A stretch of DNA of 64,000 bases from Mobula birostris (lineage: Eukaryota): the NCBI RefSeq assembly GCF_030028105.1, contig NC_092379.1, positions 87,097,006 through 87,161,005 of the forward strand. Direction: 5' to 3'. The notes under the pieces were generated by a model. It did not search any database. It had not been told where the DNA came from and worked only from the letters and a program-made list of their open reading frames with translations. Shown here one piece after another: positions 51,324 through 61,554 of the stretch. The translations under genes and the position numbers were made by a program. Position 1 is the stretch's first letter. Each line of letters opens with the position of its first letter.

Positions 51324-52642
51324 GTTCATATAAAGTGCCTTATTGATATTTCATGGAAGATCAGTCTGTTGACAATGTCAAGGAATAGTTGTTATATTCC
51401 AAAGCCTTATTTCTTCTGGTTATTTAATAAATTTCAAAAGTTTTGCTGTTTGAGTCCATATAGTTCTTTCAGGATATCAACCGCTCCTCTGGACTTCTGT
51501 TTTTCAAATATTTATCCCACTAAGAGAAAGCGTCATTGTTCTTGCATGGTTTCTAAAGATCAAAAATGATTTGACTCAACACTTGCTTCTTGGATTCTGA
51601 GGTGATCAATAAGCTATATGGAGGACTCTTCTACACTAACAGTGGTGGGGTGTATGGTTTTTGATAGAGAGGGCAGGTGGGGTTAAAGTTATCTAGGATG
51701 GTATGTTTCATCAAATCATTGCACTTGCCTCAATGTATTGACGTTGTGGAGGTCTGAGGTACGTCCTTATATGCTTGCTGTTTCTCCATTTGAAATGGAT
51801 TCTGATGAATCAATAGGGATGCCACGTCTTTGCTTTTTTAAAATGAGAGTCCCTTTGAACTGTTTTCTTTTTTAACTTGGAGATCTCTTGGAGATTTAGA
51901 GCTCAGAGTATTCTTGCTTTTCGAGCTGATATAAAGTGTGAGGGTAATGTGGCCACATATTGGAACTGGTATGTGTCAGCCTCCCAATCCAGTTCAGTAC
52001 AGGAGATAGAGATTGATAAAACTTACCTAGAAGATTTGCAGAAGTAGCATGGTATTTTGCTTACTGTAGCTGTCCATGTCTGCAAAACAAATAGGAGAAG
52101 GAAGGAATTTCAGTGATTATTTTTCTTTGCATTTGGTTGAAAGTAACTTTGTTTCCACTGTACGTCTGCAATTTTTTTTTAACTTGGAAATAAAAGCCAT
52201 GAAAGATTTGTCAAAAAGATTTGAATTCTTTTGTCAAGCTTGCAAATTATATTAATGAAAACATATTGGATGGATCTGGGAGTCAATCAGACTACCAGCA
52301 AAATAATAATGGCTGACATCAAATGGCTGGACAAGTTTTGAAAAGGTTAGAGATATACTATGTGATTGAACAGTTCTGATACACAGTGCCTGCATTAATG
52401 TCTTTTTATACTGTCTATCTCTCATTTAATCTCTCTGGAAAACTTTTCAAAATTTCCATCTAACTGAAAAACCATTTACTTTGAAACATTGAAAAGATCA
52501 TGATCTTCTTCATTTTGATCTTCTTCTTTTTCTTCTTCTCATGCTATAAGATGACAGCAACCATCTCAGACATGAATACTGATAGTTTGTCGAAATTTTG
52601 GAACATAAACAGAATGATGTGCCATTGAATCTTTTGGACCAT
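51324..52642 (-). pseudogene. Cluster of three candidate decayed exons (52480-52642, 52027-52079, 51324-51925)
   Basis: 52027-52079 has acceptor CCTATTTGTTTTGCAG and donor TAG|GTAAGT; 52480-52642 encodes ..EEEKEEDQNEEDHDLFNVSK with 2 stops; 51324-51925 begins SKSKNTLSSKSPRDLQVKKENSSKGLSF* (9 stops in 200 codons, weak on its own). Confidence 0.5.
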
Positions 52643-52687
52643 CTGTGTGGATACATAAGAAGCAATAACTTTTGCCTTGCATACAGT

Positions 52688-53662
52688 ATTGAATTGAATT
52701 GACTTTATTTCTTACATCCTTCACATACATGGGGAGTAAAAATCTTTACATCTCCATCTAAATGTAAAATGTGCAATTTTTAGTAATTTGTAATAATTAG
52801 CACGTACAACTGGACAGTCAGTATAGCATAGAAATACAATTGTATCATTGTATCAGTGCGAACTAATCAGTCTGATAGCCTGGTAGAAGAAGATGTCTCG
52901 GAGCCTGTTGGTCCTGACTTTTATGCTGTGATACCTTTTCCCGGATGGTAGCAGCTGGAAAAGTTTGTGGTTGGGGTGACACTGCATCTCCAATGATCCT
53001 TCAGGCCCTTTTAACACACCTGACTCTGTAAATTTCCTGAATAGTGGAAGTTCATCTCTACAGATGTGCTGACCTGTCCGCACCACTCTCTGCAGAGTCT
53101 TGCGATTGATGGGAGTACAGTTCCCATACCTGACAGTGATGCAGCCAGTCAAGATGCTCTCAATTGTGCCCCTGTAGAAAGTCCTTAGGATGTGGGGACT
53201 CATACCAAACTTTGTCAACCACCTGAGGTGAAAGAGGCTCTGGTGTGCTTTTTGCACCACAAAGCCGGTACATGAGATCCTCGGTGATGCGTATGCTGAG
53301 GAACTTAAAGCTGTTCGCCTTCTCAAGCCCAGATCCATTGAAGTCAATAGGGTCTAACCTGTCTCCATTCCTCCTGTAGTCCACAGCCAGCTCCTTTGAT
53401 TTTGTGAAATTGAGGGAGAGGTTGTTTCCTTGACACCACTGTGTCAGGGTGATGACATCTCTGTTGGTTGCCTCGTTATTATTTGAGATAAGGCCAATCA
53501 GTGTAGAATTGTCAGCAAATTTAATTAGCAGATTGGAGCTGTGGGTGGCAACAGTCTTAGGTGTACAGAGAGTAGTACAGAACACTGAAGGGCACCTCTG
53601 TTGAGAGTCAGAGGGGCAGAGATGAGGGAGCCCACTCTTACCACCTGCCGGTGATCTGTCAA
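52688..53662 (-). mobile_element. Rex1/Babar-like LINE fragment (same subfamily as 41660-43283)
   Basis: SSNLLIKFADNSTLIG, FYRGTIESILTGCIT, FFYQAIRLIS; (AATTC)n tail. Confidence 0.93.
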
Positions 53663-53929
53663 TATTTCCTGTGCCACTGATATACAATTAATCCTTAACT
53701 TGATCTTTTCTTTAAGGCTTAAATTAACTACAGGCAAGGGGAGAAATCATAGAGAAATGACAGAAAGGGGTACACTGGGACCATATTCCACATTAAGCAA
53801 TCCAAGAGCTTGTGCACGTTCATTTCTCATCCACTCAAAACTGAACAGTTTACGAATGCAGTGCTCCCACACTCAATTAATGTCCCTAATATTGGATGAC
53901 CAATTTTATTTTCTCTTACATTAACTCTA

Positions 53930-54500
53930 TAAACCATTGCTAACTGGAACCTGCGTAGGTGTAAAGGTACTTCCCCCATTTCTAACATTAATGCCGAAAT
54001 CGGGGATGATTTAATAGCACCTCAACATAACCTCAATGCCTGATCTTGAACTTTATCACGGGGTTTTAAGAGCCGCTGGTGAGGCTGACCCATAAGCAAC
54101 ACATCCATAATCAAACTGATTAAAGCAATATACATTTGTTTAAGCAACCTCCTACCTGCACCCCAGTTACACCCAACTAAACACTTGAGCACATTAGGGG
54201 CTTTTTTTTACACTTCTCCAGAACTTTATTCACAGGCACTTTCCATGTTAGCCTTGAGTCCATCCACGTACCTAGAAACTTTACCACTGATTCTTGTTTA
54301 AGAAATTTACTATGTGACTTGACATCAATTGAGGGTGTAATGTTCTGTTTAGGAAAACCAGTAACTTGAGTCTTTAAAACAGAAAATTTAACCACCTCCA
54401 CCCCCGCTGATGTCCTAATTCTTCTACTTCATTAATAGCTGCCTGGATTTTCCTAACCGTATAATTCATATTGCTACCTCTCTTCCACACTGCACCAACA
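53930..54500 (-). mobile_element. I-clade (Nimb/I-like) LINE RT C-terminal fragment
   Basis: KFLGTWMDSRLTWK, DYGCVAYGSASP, ALRLC*GAIKSSPISAL motifs on -. Confidence 0.75.
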
Positions 54501-54984
54501 TGAATGATAGTCTCCTTTAAAGGCTTGACTTATACACACAGGGTTGTTGATGTTTGGTTACCATGGGGACTGGCTTTTAAGGACAGTTGACCCTCTGTAA
54601 TTATTATTTGGTAAATTGGTAGCAGCTATTTTAATTGTCCTGAATAATAAGTGACAATTTAAATCTCCTGGAGAATGACACCTCTTTTACTGGAAGCTAT
54701 ACCAGTTCTCCTTGGCTTTCTTCTGCAGAATCACTCTCTCACCTCCATTTTCATTTGTAAGCAGTGACTAGAAACTAACCTGAGGTTGTGCAGGAGTTTT
54801 ACGGTGTGAGTAGGCACTTCCTTGCTGAGCAGTTAAAGTGATTGTCTTAAGGGATTCCAGCACTGCTGTTGTGGTGAATGCGGATTGATTCAATTCAGTG
54901 ATACCCACAAAGTACATGATAATAGTTTGTATTTGCATGGTAGCAAGTTGAACTTGATCAGCAAGTCAGCGTTTAACCTGCACC

Positions 54985-56032
54985 TGTCATGGTCCAATCC
55001 GTGAAATCCGTATTCCGGTTCACGGGCCGGTCCATCGACCCTTGCTCCAGGTTTTCCTGTCTACCCTGTTTCTGTTCTTGTTGAGCTCTAATTGAGGCAG
55101 CTGATGCTCATTGGGGCTGGCTGCATAAATACCTCCAGAGACCAGGGCGTGGCAGCTGAATTGTTCTTGTCCTTACTCCTTGTATCCCTTCCTCTGCCTT
55201 CTGTTTCCTCACCTGAAGCCCTGTCTTGTCTTGTCGGTAACTCTCACCTCGCCTGAAGTTCTCGTCTTGCCTTGCTTTGCCAGAAGCCTTGTCTTGTCTC
55301 GTTGGTAACTCTCGCCTCATCTCGCCTGCAGTCTTGTCCTGGAGCAACCCTGTACCTAGCTCCCTTCCTGACCCTTGCCTCCGTCGGGTAAGCTAGGCCG
55401 TCTTGCTGTTACCTGCAGTTGGTTCTGTCCCTTCCTGGCTCTTGCCTCCGTCGGGTAAGCCAGGCTGTCTTGCCGTTATCTGCGGTTGGTTCTGTCCCTT
55501 CCTGACCCTTGCCTCCATCAGGAAAGCCAGGCCGTCTTGCCGTTACCTGCGGTTAGTTCTGTCCCTTCCTGTCCCTTGCCTCCATCGGGTGGTGAACCGT
55601 GCCCTGCCCAGGGGAACCGCACCCTGCCCAGGAGAAGCATCCAGCCTCCTGCCTAGCCTCAAGCCTGAAGACTCCAGCCTCCGGCCTAGCCTCAAGCTTG
55701 AAGACTCCAGCCTCCGGCCTCCTGCCAAGCCTTGCGTCTAGTCTCAAGCCTGAAGACTCCAGCCTCCAGCCTCCTGCCAAGTCTCTAGCCTCAAGCCTGA
55801 AGACTCCAGCCTCATCCTGCCTGCCTGTCAAGCCTTGTCCCTGCCTAGTTCTGGAGTCTGAGCCAGAGGCAAGACCCAGGTACTGGGTCCTTGTCCAGTC
55901 TCTGGCTCGGAGTCCAGGTTCCCGGTTTTCATGTCCATGTCCTTGCCCTCACCCTGTATCCTAATCCTGTCCCTAGTACTTCAGTGTCTGTGTCTTGCAC
56001 TTGGGTCTGTTCCCAGCCACCGCCTTTTGACA
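54985..56032 (+). mobile_element. Solo LTR (1048 bp) with internal tandem repeats
   Basis: TGTCA...TGACA termini; 5-bp TSD GCACC at 54980-54984/56033-56037; TATA-like CATAAATA at ~55124. Confidence 0.88.
55362..55815. repeat. 67-bp x ~3.4 and ~33-bp x 4 tandem arrays inside the solo LTR
   Basis: CCCTTCCTG starts at 55362, 55429, 55496, 55563; CTAGCCTCAAGCCTGAAGACTCCAGCCTC core occurs four times from 55653. Confidence 0.9.
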
Positions 56033-56111
56033 GCACCACTCAATCAGAGGGTGGGCTTAGCCTTTGCTGCCACAAAAGCTGTAGCCTCTCAGATCTGATG
56101 ATCTGTAATTA

Positions 56112-57385
56112 AGTCATAGAGTAATAAAACAATACAACACCAGAACAGGCCCTTCAGCCCACTTAGTTCATGTTGTCCCATTGACCCGCACCTGGACCAT
56201 GGCACTCCATACCCCTTCCATTCGTATAGTTATCCAAGCTTCTCTAATGTTGAAATTGAATCCTCATCCACTATTTATACTGGTAGCTCATTTCACGCTC
56301 TCACCACCCTCTGAGTGAAAAAGCTCCTCTTCATGTTTCCCTTAAATATTTCACATCCTTAACTCTTGAGCTTTAATTCCAGTCTCACCCAACCTCAGTA
56401 GAAAAGCCTGTTTATATTTATCCAGTCTGTACCCTTCGTCATTTTGTATACCGCTATCAAATCACTGCATTCTCCCATGCTCCAGGGAATAAAACACTAA
56501 CCTATTCAACCTTTTCCGATAACTCAGGTCCTCAAGTCCCGGCAACATCTTTGTAAATTTTCACTATACTTTTTCACACAAATTGATATACTTCTGGTAG
56601 ACAGGTAACCAGAACACCATACAATACTCCAAGTTAGGCCTCACCAACACCTTATCCAACTTCAATATAACAGCCCAATTCCTGCACTCAATAATTTGAT
56701 TAATGAAGGCCAAAGTGCCAAATCTCTCTTTGCAACCCTATCTCACATGTGAATCCACTTGAAAGAATACAGAGCTGCATTCCCAGATCTCTTTGTTCTA
56801 CCACAATCTTTAATGCCTTGCTGTTCACTGTGTAAACCCAACCTGAGATTGTCCTTTCAAAGTGCAACACTTCATACCTGTCTGTATGAAATTCTATCTG
56901 TCATTTTCAGTCTATTTTTCCAACTGATCCAGATCCCACTGCAAGCTTTGATAGCCTTCTTTGTTGTCCAATACCACCCCGCCCCCAATCTTGGTGTCAT
57001 CCACAAACTTGCTGATTCATCTTTTTACATTATCATCCAGATTATTGGTATAGATGGCAAACAACACAGAACCAGCACTGAATCCTGTGGCACATCACTA
57101 GTGTCAGACCACCAGTCAGAGAGACAACCATCCATTCTCTGGCTTCGCCTGTAAAGCCAATGTTGAATCCAATTTACTACCTCATCTTGAACCTTCTTCA
57201 CCAGCTTGCTATGCTGGACCTTGTCAAAAGCCTTGTTAAAGTCCACATAGACAACATCCACTGCTATTTCTTTATTAACCTTCCTAGTAGCCTCCTTACA
57301 AAGCTCTCTGAGATTGGTTAGACATGATCTGCCATGCACAAAGTCATGTTGACTATCCGTAAACAATCCCTATCTCTCCACATTA
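56112..57385 (-). mobile_element. Old CR1 LINE RT 3' part
   Basis: QHDFVHGRSCLTNL, DVVYVDFNKAFDKV, SDVPQDSVL; CR1 3' UTR. Confidence 0.9.
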
Positions 57386-57390
57386 CGAAG

Positions 57391-57851
57391 TACACTGGTA
57401 TACTTGCTTGTTAATGCTAATATCTAAGTAGCCAATCATGTGGAAGCAACTCAGTGCATAAAATGTGCAAACATAATTAAGAGGTTCATTTGTTGTTCAG
57501 ATCAAACACAAGAATGCAGAAAAAATATGTTGTAAAGGAATTTGACTATGGAATGATTGTTGGTGCCAGATGCAGAAGTTTCAGTATCTCAGCAACTGCT
57601 GATCTGGGATTTTCACACATGAACAATCTCTAGAGTTTACAAAGAATGTTGCATTAAACAATGAAACATTGAGTGAATGGCAGTTCTGTGGGTAAAAATG
57701 TGTTGTTAATGAGAGGTTAGAAGAGAATGGCCAAACCGGTTGAAGCTGCTGGAAAGGAGACAGCAACTCAAATAACCATATGCATCCCTGAATGCACAAC
57801 CCATTGAATCTTGAAGTGGATGGGCTATAGCAGCAGAAGACTTGCAGTGTA
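57391..57851 (+). mobile_element. Tc1-like DNA transposon deletion derivative
   Basis: TACACTG...CAGTGTA ends; EFDYGMIVGARCRSFSISATADL helix-turn-helix region of a Tc1 transposase. Confidence 0.85.
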
Positions 57852-57854
57852 TAT

Positions 57855-58890
57855 TCCTTGGAATACCTTCCAGTAACTTATCCACAACTAACATAAGGCT
57901 CACCACCCAATAATTCACCAACTTATTCTTTCTTAAACAACAGAACAGCATTAGTTATCCTCCAGACCTCTGGCACTTCGCTTGTGTCTAAGAGTATTTT
58001 CAATACCTCTTTTAATCCCTACGATATCTGCACTAGTCTCTTACAAGGTCTGAAGAAACACCTTGTTAGGCTTTGTCTGCTACTTTACACATTATATGTT
58101 ACTGAATTGGATGATGGAATTGATAGCTATGTGGCCAAGTGGCCGTGTTTGTTCATTCAATGTTCAATGTACATTTATTATCAAAGTATGAATACTCTAT
58201 ACAACCTTGAAATTTGTCTCCTTACAGGCAGCCACAAAACAAAGAAACTCAGCAAAATCCATTAGAAAAAGACAATAATCAAACACCCGATGTATCAAAA
58301 AAAACAAATTGTGCAAACAATCAAAGTAAACAAATTCAGAACTGAAGCTCATGAAAATGAAACAGCAACCATGAAGACTGTCATCATTGCAGCTGATTGA
58401 GGACCCCATTATTGCAGGCCACATTCTTAGTTCTGCGCAGAGATGAGTAAACATAGTGGAGCAGTAAGCTGAACACTGGCCTGTTCCTTGCCTCCAGCTC
58501 CGTCGCCTTGAACTTTTCAATCTGGCCCAGAGCTTAAATTGCCAAAAGCATTCCTCACTCTGAGACATAGGCCCAGGCCCTGTTGCCTCACTTTGGTTCT
58601 AAGTCTGCTGCAGCAATGGCAAAAAATTGGCTCATTCCCTCTTCTCAGGCCCAGGCCCTGCTGCTTCGATTTGGCCTGGACCAGCCACACTACAACCACC
58701 CTGCACCATTGAGACTTCAGTTCACACTGCAAAAATATCAGATCACAAAGGTGGTTCAAAAGTTCAACTTCGAAAGGGAAGTCATTGAATGGGGAGAATG
58801 GGTTTAGATGGAAAATATTTTGGCCATGATTGAACGGCAGAGTAGACTTGATGGGCCAGTTGGCCTAATCCTGCTCCTGTAACTGATGAA
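57855..58890. mobile_element. CR1 scraps plus a LINE-derived UTR-like element (58150-58785)
   Basis: NYWVVSLMLVVDKLLE on -, LYVTELDDGIDSYVAK on +, CR1 3' UTR at 58785-58885; TTCAATG tandem tail at 58152-58170. Confidence 0.55.
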
Positions 58891-60393
58891 CTTTTACACA
58901 GACACATACACATTTTATTGAAGCTTTATTGTGAGTAAATTTTAATTGTAATTAGTCACGATTTGTTGAAATCATCTACACATGTTGATGGCATTGTATG
59001 TGCAAGTTTGTGTATTCTCAGTTTTTCATCCAATATTTCAGTAAGTGGAACTTCACACACTACAACAAAAATGGAAAACACTATTTAAAAGCATAACTAA
59101 CACAAAGGTGCAAATGTTCCCAGAAGTCCATGTCTACTGTTGTTGAGAATTTAATGCAGCTGCATAGAAAGTTTATTTACTATGACAAAGATATAAATCA
59201 TTTCAATGAATAAATTCTCTATTAGAATTGTGGACAGGAATTTCATGGCAATGTTACACTTGCAATCTATACATTGCCATGAGCAGAAAACTTGTCAAGG
59301 TGTTGGAAGTTGCATTATGCTTGGGCCAATCTGGAAATATTTGCACAGAACACATTTCTGTAAATTATTGTCCAGTCAGAAACATCAGTGCTAATTTGTT
59401 CTATTGTATTGATTCAAGTAGTTTAAATCAATAATTGAAAATATCTATTTCACTTAAAGTGTTTGGATGGTGGAGGTAGTTATTTTCTAACACTCAAGTA
59501 CCTGAATTAAAAATTTGAATGGCTATGGCAGCAGACCAAATGCAGGAAAATGAATTAGCAGGGATGGGCACTTGATAGTCAACATGAAAGTTGAAGGGCC
59601 TGGTTCTGTGGTATCTGACTCCACAATTCAAAATCTACAGAGTGGTGTGACTTATATATTTTGAACTATTATAGAATTGCTACCACATTACTAAGGAAGA
59701 CAGTATAAACAGATTATTATATTTCCATTATTTTACAGTGCAATGTGGCTCCTCTGTTACTGCAAGATAATGGTACAACATAACCAAGACATAACCAAGT
59801 GAATAAATTGTGACCACACCTCCTGCTTTGAAAGTGCAGTGAACTGCAATGCTGGATATTTTCATAAAGTATGATATATGCACTATGAGGAATCATCTTG
59901 AATGCAATGAAATTTTGCGCCAGGAAAAATTGACAAATTTAGAAAGGTCAATAAGATGAATGAATCTTAATTTTTCAATGACAGTGAATATTTAAAGTAC
60001 TTTCTAGAAGTGTAGTTGCACAAAAAAGAGACACTCGATTGAAAAAAAATGTGAAATTTGGAATAAGAAATAAAAACTGCAAATATAGCTCTATTACAGT
60101 ATATTCCATCAATCAATGAGAGGTTAATGTTTTTGATGGAAACCCTTCACCAGAGGTGTAAGTAAGAAAATGCAAACACTTTGCATGAATGCTGTTTTGG
60201 CTACCAAAGTTTCATTTATTCTTTATTATAACAGCTCCCAAAAATAAGGGCTTATTATACCTAAGGCATTCAAAGTTTTGTGAAAGTTAGTTTCAAACTT
60301 GCAAAATAGTTACTCTTATTACACTGGCAAGATTCATCTCTCCAAAATATTCCTTCCATTTTGTAACACTAAAATGAAATAAACAAATGTTAC

Positions 60394-60456
60394 CTGCCAG
60401 ATATCTCTGGATGTCTTTTTGCTCTTACTTTTGATACTTAGATGGAGGTATCTGTC
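60394..60456 (-). pseudogene. Candidate exon, 63 nt, open in phase 0
   Basis: Acceptor TTTTTCTTTCTTTTCATTAAG, donor CAG|GTAACA; DRYLHLSIKSKSKKTSRDIWQ. Confidence 0.45.
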
Positions 60457-61554
60457 CTTAATGAAAAGAAAGAAAAAATTCCCAATATTTGTCAGCTGGA
60501 TTTGCAGGTCATCTATTGCTATAGGAAATAATGGATCCTACCAGAGGGTTTTCCTCTATTTATCATCAGGTTAAGATGAAATGTCAAACATGATAGAATA
60601 AAATAAGCTATGCTACAGACAGGTAAATTGTAACAACAACATACAGTATGTAATCATAAAACTTGCTTTTGTTTACTACATTTAACACTAAGACATCCCA
60701 AAGTGTTTCCCTAAAGTTTTGTTTCAAAATTACAAAGCAAGTTGCCAAACATTTCTTCAAAGATATATTTTAAAGGAGAGAAGACAAAAGTATGGTGTGT
60801 TTTCAGTAAATTTGCAGTGAAAATTAAATTGATTCAAAGAAACAATCATCGAGCAAACAAGATATGGAAGGTCGCAGGAAATGGAAGCCTAATAGATGGC
60901 TTGCATCACTCCTAAAAGAAGAATTAATATTATAACTGTAAGCAAAGAGGTTTTACTGCAATTGAAAGAAAGAAGAAAATATATACTGATCAAATTGAGG
61001 AGAATATTATCAGGTCTATTCACTAATAGCCTTGAAACTGAAGCATAATGAATTTTCCACCAGCCTCTGGATTTGTTCCAGGAATGGTCCAAGAAGAGAC
61101 TTCTTCATCTTTGAGGTTCTCCTGGATTAACTTGGCCTAATAGGCAGCTCTGAGTTAGAACTTTCATCACCATTCATCCCCAGCACTGAAAAGAGGAAGT
61201 CTGGGACTTAAAATAACTCATCCACTAAAACCAAAAGGTAGATGAATTTTGAATTAATGTTGTGACTCAGCTGTCATTTACTGGACCAAATTTAAAATTC
61301 AATTTTGTCATTCTTTCAGTGAGTGTCAGAACAAGAGCTGTTTTTTTCAGTCCCTGCTATTACATTTGCAATTACATGTTTGACCAATTCCCAAAGAATT
61401 AATAATAGTTCATCAGAATTATGGAAAACATCACCTCACAATCTCTGTGAACCTTTGTAGAAATCTGAGATGTACAGCAGCAGAGATTGTTTTCTATATA
61501 GTTATAAAGAAACTTCCCTCACTAACACTCTGACACAGAATTGTTATTTAGATA

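Larger units (their letters stand above)
54505..56102 (-). pseudogene. Candidate decayed exon split by a solo LTR
   Basis: Acceptor TTAATTACAG at 56102; removing the LTR and one TSD gives one frame IIRSERLQLLWQQRLSPPSD*VVQVKR*LADQVQLATMQ..AVLESLKTITLTAQQGSAYSHRKTPAQPQVSF*.. (5 stops in ~180 codons). Confidence 0.5.

Noticed and set aside
55362-55815. Regularly spaced repeats that could suggest a CRISPR array
   Set aside because: Units are head-to-tail with no unique spacers, lie inside a TSD-flanked LTR, and there are no cas genes; the context is vertebrate.
55403-55964. Repetitive ORFs (ASSLKTP / SLKPEDSS repeats)
   Set aside because: By-products of GC-rich tandem repeats within the LTR, open on both strands.
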